Assembly (NCBI GenBank): GCA_038243995.1
Contig: JBBRTV010000010.1
Location: 82,431-146,430 of the forward strand
From: Burkholderiales bacterium
GTDB lineage: Bacteria > Pseudomonadota > Gammaproteobacteria > Burkholderiales > Burkholderiaceae_C
Length of the DNA: 64,000 bases
Direction of reading: 5' to 3'
The notes under the pieces were generated by a model. The model was not told where the DNA came from. It searched no databases and was given only the letters and a program-made list of their open reading frames with translations. This document shows positions 22,086 to 29,791 of the stretch, in pieces (position 1 is the first letter of the stretch; each line of letters starts with the position of its first letter). Position numbers and translations under genes: made by a program.

Positions 22086-23390
22086 CTAACCGGCTGCCGC
22101 CGTCGACGCGGCGGCGGGTGCAGGCGAGGTCTGCATCTGCGACTGCGCCAGCAGCCCCCAGACATGCGCAAGCGATCCCAGGCCGCCCGACGCCGTGATG
22201 GCCTGGAACGTCTTCAAGGCGTCGGCACTGCGTCCGGCGCGCAACTGCGCCATGCCCAGATGCAGGCGCGCTTCGTCGGCAAATTTCAATCCGCCGCGGG
22301 CGACACCCTGTTCCAGCAGATCGACGCCGTGCGCCGCGTTGCCGTCCATGGTGTCGAGCAGGCCGAGGGTGACCAGCGCGTTGCCGTCTTTGGCGGCCTT
22401 CGCCGCCGCTTCGTTGGCGGTGGCCTGGGCGCGGTCCTGCGCAGCGGCCCGCATGGACGATTCGCCCAGCTTCTTCGCTTCGACCAGATCGGCGCCGGCG
22501 AACGCGTTCTTGGCCATGCCCTCGTCGATCACCCGCTTCGCCTCCGCCGGAAAGCCGGCGCGCAGCGCGAGCGCGCCGTAGCTCAGGCGTTCGCTGTCGG
22601 CGACCTGGCCGAAGGCGGCGGCCTTGAGGCGGTACACATCGACGTACAGGCGGTCGGTGAGCTTCTCCACATGCGCCGCGCGCGAGATCAGGTCTTTCCA
22701 GTACTCCGGCTTCGGATAGCCGACGGCCAGGCGCTCGATCGTCTTCTCGTAGCCGGCGTCGTCGTTGGACTGCGTCTGCGAGCTCGCCAGCAGGCGCAGC
22801 GTCTTCTCGTTCGGCTTCTGGCCGGCCGCGTATTGCGCATCGACCTGGGCCTGGAACGCCTTGGAGGCGGCCGCGTAGTCCTTGGTCATGTACAACGTCT
22901 GCGGGAGCAGGTCGCGGATCTGCGCGTCGTTGCCGCCGGCGTCGATGTAGCGCTGCATCCAGACGGCGGCCTTGGCGTACTGCTTGTCGCTGTAGAGGAT
23001 CTCGGAGAGCGCCTTCATGATCAACACCCGGTCGCTCGCGGGCAGTTGATCGGAAGCCAGGACGACCTCGAAGTCCTTGGCCGCGTTCACGAGATCGCCC
23101 GTGGCGTACTCGGCCGGCGCGCGCACGCGCTTCACCAGATAGGCCTCGAACGGCGAGAGGTTGCCGACCGCTTCGGCTTCGTTGAGTTTCGCCAGCGCCT
23201 CGGTGCCCTTGTTGGCCTTCATCAGGTCCTGGGCTTCGGTGAAAGGCTTGCCGAACTCCGGCCGCACGGCGTTGGCGGGCTGGGAGGCGGCGACGGCCGG
23301 GGCCGCCGCTGCGGCTCCGGCGGAGGCGACGCCGCCCATTCCCGCGGCGAGGATCAGCGCCAGCACGGCGCGCGAGGGTTTTGCTCTCAT
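22086..23390 (-). CDS. Exported tetratricopeptide-repeat protein
   Basis: Signal peptide, all-helical TPR-like repeats (YAKAAVWMQRY, YPKPEYWKDL, EARLHLGMAQLRAG). Confidence 0.75.
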   Translation of the reverse strand: MRAKPSRAVLALILAAGMGGVASAGAAAAAPAVAASQPANAVRPEFGKPFTEAQDLMKANKGTEALAKLNEAEAVGNLSPFEAYLVKRVRAPAEYATGDLVNAAKDFEVVLASDQLPASDRVLIMKALSEILYSDKQYAKAAVWMQRYIDAGGNDAQIRDLLPQTLYMTKDYAAASKAFQAQVDAQYAAGQKPNEKTLRLLASSQTQSNDDAGYEKTIERLAVGYPKPEYWKDLISRAAHVEKLTDRLYVDVYRLKAAAFGQVADSERLSYGALALRAGFPAEAKRVIDEGMAKNAFAGADLVEAKKLGESSMRAAAQDRAQATANEAAAKAAKDGNALVTLGLLDTMDGNAAHGVDLLEQGVARGGLKFADEARLHLGMAQLRAGRSADALKTFQAITASGGLGSLAHVWGLLAQSQMQTSPAPAAASTAAAG

Positions 23391-23658
23391 GTCAGTCCCA
23401 GGGGGTCATGCGCCGTAAGATGAAGTGGATAACGTCGGTGCGCGCGGGCGGCGCCCCACGCGACTGAAAGTGGCGGTATTGTCAGGGAATTGCACGCCTG
23501 CGCAGCGAGTGCCCACCACAGGGGCTCCGAGGGATGGTGTCGACATGTGTCGGCCGGCCGGACGCTGTCCAAGGAACTCCACCGGCCGGATCGTGTCCGG
23601 CTCGATCCTCGGGCAACCCACGAGGCAGGGCGCGTGCCCGCGCCGCGCCTGCGCGACC

Positions 23659-24399
23659 TCAGGACGCGTTCAGTTCGGCGACGAAGTCGTAGGTGTCGCC
23701 GCGGTAGATCGATTGCGAGAGCTCGATCGCCCGCCCGTCGCGCAAATAACCCAGTCGTTCGACCAGCAGGCCGGCGTCGCCGACCTTGGCCTCGAGCAGG
23801 CGGGCCTGCTCTTGGTTGAGCAGCAGCGCGCGCAGTCGCTGAAGTGCGCGCACCGGCCGATTGCCAGCTTGCTCCAGGGCGTCGTACAACGAGTTGTCCA
23901 CCGCTTCGAGCGACGGCAGCGCCGCCGCGGAAAGCGTCGCATATTCGAGCGCCATCGGCGCGTCGTCGGCGTAGCGCAAGCGGTCGAAGCGATAGACCAG
24001 CGAGCCCGGACTCAACGCCAGCTTGAGCGATTCCTCCGGCGTGACCGTGCCGTTCGATTTCTTGAGCCAGACGCTGCGCGGCGTGCGGCCGCGGGCGCGC
24101 ATGTCTTCCGAGAACGAGGTCAGCTTGGCGAAGTTCTTGTCGATGCGTGTCGAGACGAAGTTGCCCGAGCCCTGGCGCTGTTCGAGGAAGCCCTCGTCGG
24201 CCAGGCCCTGGATCGCCTTGCGCACCGTGATCCGGGAGACGCCCAGGTCGGCGGCCAGCTGGCGCTCGGACGGCAGGGCATCGTCCGGGCCGAGCACCCG
24301 CTTCTCGATCGCCTCGCGCAATGCGCGCTGCAATTGCTGGTACAGCGGCTGGCTGCCTTCTGGATCGAGCGTGTTCAGGAGTTGTGCGAGGGCGCTCAT
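23659..24399 (-). CDS. nagQ: GntR/HutC family regulator of GlcNAc utilisation
   Basis: PLYQQL...LPSERQLAADLGVSRITVRKAI...QGSGNFV plus a UTRA domain; embedded in the nag locus; GGAG RBS. Confidence 0.8.
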   Translation of the reverse strand: MSALAQLLNTLDPEGSQPLYQQLQRALREAIEKRVLGPDDALPSERQLAADLGVSRITVRKAIQGLADEGFLEQRQGSGNFVSTRIDKNFAKLTSFSEDMRARGRTPRSVWLKKSNGTVTPEESLKLALSPGSLVYRFDRLRYADDAPMALEYATLSAAALPSLEAVDNSLYDALEQAGNRPVRALQRLRALLLNQEQARLLEAKVGDAGLLVERLGYLRDGRAIELSQSIYRGDTYDFVAELNAS

Positions 24400-24533
24400 C
24401 TGCGAGGCTCCTTCGGGCGGCCGTGCGTGCGAATCATGCATCCCCTTGTTCATGTAGTCGATGAAGCTGCAAGCAAGCGCTGTGGCGCATGCGTTCGGGC
24501 GGCGGTCGAGGCGCGCGCGCAGCGGCCACGAGC

Positions 24534-24550
24534 ATACCACTCAGGCACCA
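24534..24550 (-). promoter_or_regulatory. Putative NagQ autoregulatory operator
   Basis: Minus strand TGGTGCCTGAGTGGTAT, overlapping an extended -10-like TGGTATGCT. Confidence 0.6.
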
Positions 24551-24678
24551 AATCGCGTTCGGGTGCACCCCCGTTGCCGTTCCAGGCACCTTTGCCGTGC
24601 GCAGGGCGGATTCGCAAGTGAAACGCCGGTGAAGAGATTGATGCGGGAGGGCCGTATGAGGGTAAACGGGGAGCTAGC

Positions 24679-24705
24679 CGGTCTACAGTGGTTGTACAGT
24701 GGTAC
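24679..24705 (+). promoter_or_regulatory. Putative NagQ operator upstream of TBDR1
   Basis: CGGTCTACAG-TGGTTGTACAG-TGGTAC: three tandem units, containing a TACAGT -10-like hexamer. Confidence 0.65.
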
Positions 24706-24833
24706 TACTCTGTCGCATACCATGTTCAGCAGCCCGAGGGTGCACCGTCCGCCCGACAGAGAGACGGCCCGACCCAACCCCCAACCGGCCGCGTTTCCTG
24801 CAAGGAATGCTGCCATCCGAAATGAGGAGCCCC

Positions 24834-27563
24834 ATGAAGACGAAACTCACGCCCATTGCCGCCGCCGCTGCGGTCGCGCTTGCCGGAGCCGTGGCGCCCG
24901 CATTCGCGCAGTCGGCCGCCGCACCGGCTTCCGCCGCCTCCGATGCGGCCGGCAGCGTGCAGCGCGTCGAGGTGACCGGCATCCGGGGCTCGTTGCAACA
25001 GTCGCTCAACCAGAAGCGCAATGCCGAGACGCACGTCGAGGTCATCACGGCCGAGGACATCGGCAAGCTGCCGGACAAGAACGTCGCGGATTCGCTCCAG
25101 CATGTGCCGGGCGTCAACATCAGCTCGGCGGGCGCCAACGAAGGCGGCTTCGACGAGAGCGACCGCGTCAGCATGCGCGGCACCAGTCCCAGCTTGACGC
25201 AGACCCTGATCAACGGCCACCAGGTCGCGTCGGGCGACTGGTTCGTGCTCGACCAGACGACCACTGTCGGCCGCAGCGTCAGCTACACCCTCCTCCCCAC
25301 GGAAGTAGTGGGCAGCGTCGTCGTGCACAAGTCGTCGCAGGCAAGCCTCGTCGAAGGCGGCGTAGCCGGCTCGGTGGACATCATCACGCGCAAGCCGCTG
25401 GATTTCAAGAAGCAGCTCACGCTCCAGGCGAGCGTCGGCGCGGTCTACGCCGACCTGCCGAGCAAGACGGATCCTCAGCTCAGCGGCCTCCTGAACTGGA
25501 AGAACGCCGCCGGCACCTTCGGCGTGTTGCTGCAGGCCTTCTCCGAGACGCGCCACCTGCGCCGCGACGGCGTCGAGGAACTCGGCTACGAACAGATCAA
25601 GGCGGGCAGCCCGATGGCGCTCGCGCACCCGGACCTGTCCAACGTCTGGTATCCGACGGCCATGGGCTCGGCGCTGTTCGAGCAGGAGCGCAAGCGCACA
25701 GGCGGACTGATCGACTTCCAGTTCAAGCCGAACACCGACACGACGCTCGATTTCAACGGCTTCTATTCGAAGCTCGAAGCGTCGAACTTCAACCGCAACT
25801 ACCTGCTGTGGGGCACGCACTTCATCAATCAGGGCCAGGGCCAGGCGCCCGACGCGGGCTACGTCGTGCGCAACGGCACGCTGGTCTCGGCCAGCTTCGC
25901 CAACGACGGCACCACCCAGCACGGCATCTACGACCAGATCTCGCGTCCGGGCGAAGGCTCGGAGACGAAGTACTTCGATTTCGACGGCGATTTCCGCCTC
26001 TCCGGCAAGCTCAAGGTCGCCACCAAGATCGGCGTGTCCAAGGGCATCGGCTTCACCCCGACGCAGGACGTGATGGAGTTCGACATCAAGGGCACCGGCG
26101 CGCAATACGCGCTGAACGGCGTGAATTCCGCGCCCAGCTTCTCGCTGCCCGGCGGCAACGACTCAGCCCCCAACTCGAACACGGCCCTCGACTGGATCTT
26201 CGGCGACGAGAACACCAAGGTGGCGGACAGCGAGAACTGGCAGCAGATCGACGGCGACTACGCGCTCGACTGGGGCCCGCTGGTCGGCCTGAAGTTCGGC
26301 GCCCGCGCGACCAGCCACAAGCGCGACGCGCTCCACATCGTCGCCCAGGGCCCGCACAACAACGCCGCCGGACAGAGTCCCTTCGACCAGGCCAACTGGC
26401 CGTCCACCTTCCAGAACTACCCCGGCGACTTCGGCTCCAGCCTCGGCGGCTCCTTCCCCACCAACGTCTGGTACTACTCGCCCGCGCAACTGGCCGCGTT
26501 CGATGCGCAGTTCACCAACCGCGACCCGATCACCCGCGAGTACTACCCGCACGAATTCGCGCTGCGCGAAAGCACGACGGCAGGCTACGTCCAGGGCAAC
26601 CTCGAGGGCGACAAGTGGTCGGGCGACTTCGGCGTGCGCCTCGTCAACACCGGCGAGCACGTGCTGACCTTCCAGCCCGCGCAGGCCAGCACGCCGGGCG
26701 CGCTGACGAACTCGGCGTTCGGCCCCTTCGTCCCGGTCACGACCAACCACAGCTACAACGACATCCTGCCCAGCGGCAACCTGAAGTTCGAGCTCACGAA
26801 GACCGTGGTCGCGCGCCTGGCCGCCTCGCGCACGATGACGCGCCCCGACTATTCGGCCATCGCGGGCACCGTGAACCTGACGCCCCCGGCCGTCGCTGGC
26901 GGACAAGGCACCGGCAGTGGCGGCAACCCCGACCTGAAGCCGATCACGTCGAACAATGCGGACGTCTCGCTCGAGTGGTACTTCGCGGATCGCGCGCTGT
27001 TGTCGGCCAGCGCGTTCTACATGGATCTCACGAGCTACGTCGGCCTGGGCCAGGTGAACAAGACCTACATCACCTACGACCAAAACAACCCGAACGGCGC
27101 GCCGGTCGACTACGTGCTGACGGTGCCGGTCAACAGCAGCGGCAAGGTCAAGGGCCTGGAATTCGGCTACGAGCAGCCGCTGTTCGGCAACTTCGGCGTG
27201 AATGCGAACTTCACCTACGCGGACGCCCACGAGACAGGCGGCGGCCCGCTGGTCGGCGCTTCCAAGACCACGTACAACCTCGGCGCCTTCTTCGAGAACG
27301 ACGTGTTCGGCGCGCACTTGTCGTGGAACCACCGGTCGTCGTTCTACAGCGGCCTGGATCGCGCGACCGCCTTCTACCAGGCGCCGGTGGGCGACCTGAC
27401 CGCGTCGATGAGCGCGAAGGTGGGCAAGTTCGTGACGATCCGGGTCGACGCGCGCAACCTCAACAACCCGAAGCTGAAGTACTACGCGCTGAATACCGAC
27501 CAGCCGCGCTCGATCTACCAGAACGGGCGCCAGTACTACCTCACGGCGAGCGTCGAGTATTGA
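24834..27563 (+). CDS. TonB-dependent receptor 1 (carbohydrate-type)
   Basis: Signal peptide, VEVTGIRGSL TonB-box region, plug AEDIGKLPDKNVADSLQHVPGV, GNPDLKP, C-terminal GRQYYLTASVEY. Confidence 0.95.
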   Translation: MKTKLTPIAAAAAVALAGAVAPAFAQSAAAPASAASDAAGSVQRVEVTGIRGSLQQSLNQKRNAETHVEVITAEDIGKLPDKNVADSLQHVPGVNISSAGANEGGFDESDRVSMRGTSPSLTQTLINGHQVASGDWFVLDQTTTVGRSVSYTLLPTEVVGSVVVHKSSQASLVEGGVAGSVDIITRKPLDFKKQLTLQASVGAVYADLPSKTDPQLSGLLNWKNAAGTFGVLLQAFSETRHLRRDGVEELGYEQIKAGSPMALAHPDLSNVWYPTAMGSALFEQERKRTGGLIDFQFKPNTDTTLDFNGFYSKLEASNFNRNYLLWGTHFINQGQGQAPDAGYVVRNGTLVSASFANDGTTQHGIYDQISRPGEGSETKYFDFDGDFRLSGKLKVATKIGVSKGIGFTPTQDVMEFDIKGTGAQYALNGVNSAPSFSLPGGNDSAPNSNTALDWIFGDENTKVADSENWQQIDGDYALDWGPLVGLKFGARATSHKRDALHIVAQGPHNNAAGQSPFDQANWPSTFQNYPGDFGSSLGGSFPTNVWYYSPAQLAAFDAQFTNRDPITREYYPHEFALRESTTAGYVQGNLEGDKWSGDFGVRLVNTGEHVLTFQPAQASTPGALTNSAFGPFVPVTTNHSYNDILPSGNLKFELTKTVVARLAASRTMTRPDYSAIAGTVNLTPPAVAGGQGTGSGGNPDLKPITSNNADVSLEWYFADRALLSASAFYMDLTSYVGLGQVNKTYITYDQNNPNGAPVDYVLTVPVNSSGKVKGLEFGYEQPLFGNFGVNANFTYADAHETGGGPLVGASKTTYNLGAFFENDVFGAHLSWNHRSSFYSGLDRATAFYQAPVGDLTASMSAKVGKFVTIRVDARNLNNPKLKYYALNTDQPRSIYQNGRQYYLTASVEY

Positions 27564-27570
27564 GCACGCG

Positions 27571-27606
27571 CTGGAAGTCGCGCGGGCTGGCCCGCGCGAC
27601 TTCCAG
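27571..27606. terminator. Perfect 16-bp hairpin between TBDR1 and the convergent MCP gene
   Basis: CTGGAAGTCGCGCGGG-CTGG-CCCGCGCGACTTCCAG; no U-tract, so it may instead be an mRNA stabiliser. Confidence 0.55.
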
Positions 27607-27731
27607 GCGCACATGCTTGACCGGCGACCTGGAACGCGATCTCGCCGCCTGCCTTGCGGGAAGGTGCGACGGTTCCGCCCTCGCCTGGCCTTGCGTCAGT
27701 GGAGCGCCGCTTCCATCGGCGTGAGCGCCAT

Positions 27732-29510
27732 TCAGAAGGTTTCCCAGCTGTCGGCGCCGGTCTTCGGAATGGCGGTGCCCAAGGAGCGCGGCACCCCGGC
27801 CACTGGCGGCGATGCAGCCGCAGGCTTGGCCTTGGGGTGGAGACGGGAACCGTTCGCAGCCCGGTTCGGGCCCCGGCCATCGACCGCAGCCGCTTTGGCA
27901 GCGACCGGGGCGTCATGGGTGCCTGACCTGGTGTGGACGCCGTCGCCCAGCTTGAACACGCCGACCACTTCGGCCAAATTTGCTGCCTGGTGCTTCAGGC
28001 TCTCCGCCGCCGCGGCGCTCTCCTCGACCAGCGCCGCGTTTTGCTGTGTCACCTGGTCCAGCTGCGTGACGGCATCGCCGACCTGGCTGATGCCGGTAGC
28101 CTGTTCCTTGCTGGCGCTGGAGATTTCGCTGATGAGCTGGCTGACGCGCTGAACCTGCGAGACGATTTCGGTCATCGACGCGCCCGCATCATTGACTTGG
28201 CGCGCGCCCATCTCGACCTTCTCGACGCTGGCGCTGATCAGCAACTTGATTTCCTTGGCCGCCTCGGCCGAGCGTCCGGCCAGGTTGCGCACCTCGCTGG
28301 CGACCACCGCGAAGCCGCGACCTTGCTCGCCGGCCCGGGCAGCCTCGACCGCTGCATTCAAGGCCAGGATGTTGGTCTGGAAAGCGATGCCGTCGATGAC
28401 GCCGATGATGTCGGCGATCTTCTTCGACGACGCGGCGATGTCCTGCATGGTGTCGACCACGGTACCGACCATCTCACCGCCCTTGACCGCAGCGGCCGAG
28501 GCGCTGGCAGCGAGTTGGTTGGCCTGGCCGGCGGTATCGGCACTGGCCTTGACGGTGCCCGAAAGTTGTTCCATCGACGCGGCCGTCTGCTGCAAGTTGC
28601 TGGCCTGCTCTTCGGTGCGCTGGCTGAGGTCGGCGTTGCCAGTGGCGATCTGCGCCGAACCGGTGGCAATGCTGTCGCTGCTGTTTCGCACCTGGCCGAC
28701 GATCCTGTACAGACTCGCTTGCATGGCGCCGAGCGATGCCAGTACGCTGCCAGCGGGGGCGCCGGCTGTTCCGTCCACCGGGCTCAGGTCGCCTTCGGCA
28801 ACGCGCTGCGCGATGCTGCCCAGTTCACCGGGCTCGGCACCGAGGGCACGGGTCAAGCTGCGCGTGATCAAGATGCCGGCAGTCACGGCAGCGGTCAGTG
28901 CGACCAGGCAGGCGGCAATCAGCAGGTTCCTCTGCATCGCGTACGCGGCGGCGGCCGCGTCGGTGGACTCGACAGCGCGACCCTCGGTGAAGGCCTGGTA
29001 TTCATCGGAGGCCTTGATGAGTGCGGCAAGCAGCGGGCGACACTCGGTGTTCATCTTGTTGATCGCCTCGTCGCGCTTGCCGTCGTTCGCGAACTTCACG
29101 ATGGCCAGTGCCACGGGCCCGTAGTCCTTTTCGACCTTGGCGATCGCTTCCAGCAGGGTCCGCGCCCGTTCCGGCAAATTCGTGGCCTCGGCGACCATCT
29201 TGTTCAGCTTGCCCAGGTTCTGCTGAACATCCTCATGCGCCTTGACGACAGCAGCGTTTTCCGTTGCCAGATCCTCGGGCTTGCTGACCAGCACGAGATT
29301 TCTCGCCGCGATCGCGCGGCGGTCGACGGCCGCGCGCACGCTTGCCGCGGTCAAGGCACGTGCATTGATGCCGTGAACGTAGTCGACGAATTGCTCGTTG
29401 GAGTCAGCCAACGATTTCAAGGACAACCCGGCCACAAGCAAAACGAGGGCCGCAAGGCCTCCGAACGCCAGAGTCAGCTTGCCGCGCACTGTCATGTTGT
29501 TGAATTTCAT
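27732..29510 (-). CDS. Methyl-accepting chemotaxis protein (two TM, four-helix-bundle-type sensor)
   Basis: IDGIAFQTNILALNAAVEAARAGEQGRGFAVVASEVRNLA; C-terminal pentapeptide SWETF. Confidence 0.95.
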   Translation of the reverse strand: MKFNNMTVRGKLTLAFGGLAALVLLVAGLSLKSLADSNEQFVDYVHGINARALTAASVRAAVDRRAIAARNLVLVSKPEDLATENAAVVKAHEDVQQNLGKLNKMVAEATNLPERARTLLEAIAKVEKDYGPVALAIVKFANDGKRDEAINKMNTECRPLLAALIKASDEYQAFTEGRAVESTDAAAAAYAMQRNLLIAACLVALTAAVTAGILITRSLTRALGAEPGELGSIAQRVAEGDLSPVDGTAGAPAGSVLASLGAMQASLYRIVGQVRNSSDSIATGSAQIATGNADLSQRTEEQASNLQQTAASMEQLSGTVKASADTAGQANQLAASASAAAVKGGEMVGTVVDTMQDIAASSKKIADIIGVIDGIAFQTNILALNAAVEAARAGEQGRGFAVVASEVRNLAGRSAEAAKEIKLLISASVEKVEMGARQVNDAGASMTEIVSQVQRVSQLISEISSASKEQATGISQVGDAVTQLDQVTQQNAALVEESAAAAESLKHQAANLAEVVGVFKLGDGVHTRSGTHDAPVAAKAAAVDGRGPNRAANGSRLHPKAKPAAASPPVAGVPRSLGTAIPKTGADSWETF

Positions 29511-29572
29511 GTAATCCCAATGAGGAAATTCTAAAGCGCGATCACAAATGCGCTTCGCGATGAGTTGTCTGG

Positions 29573-29599
29573 TAATCGGCGGCTGAACCCGGGACTTGA
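29573..29599 (-). promoter_or_regulatory. Sigma28 (FliA) promoter of the MCP gene
   Basis: Minus strand TCAAG-N14-GCCGATTA, 63 bp upstream of the ATG. Confidence 0.75.
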
Positions 29600-29740
29600 G
29601 CTCCAGGTCAGGACCAATCCAGGGATGAGCCTGGAGCGTGCTGGAGTCGACTCGGAAACGGTGGCGAGCATGGATGTTCGCTTCCACCGGCCGCATCGGA
29701 ATTCGAGGTCAGTGAAAACCATCGATGTGGATGAGATGGC

Positions 29741-29757
29741 TGGTCGTATAGTGGTAT
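29741..29757 (+). promoter_or_regulatory. Putative NagQ operator upstream of TBDR2
   Basis: TGGTCGTATAGTGGTAT containing a TATAGT -10 hexamer. Confidence 0.7.
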
Positions 29758-29758
29758 T

Positions 29759-29777
29759 AAATCAACTCATTTGATTT
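29759..29777 (+). promoter_or_regulatory. Second operator (putative ROK site) upstream of TBDR2
   Basis: AAATCAA-CTCAT-TTGATTT palindrome containing the ATTTGATT core. Confidence 0.5.
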
Positions 29778-29791
29778 TAGAAAGCCGCGAC

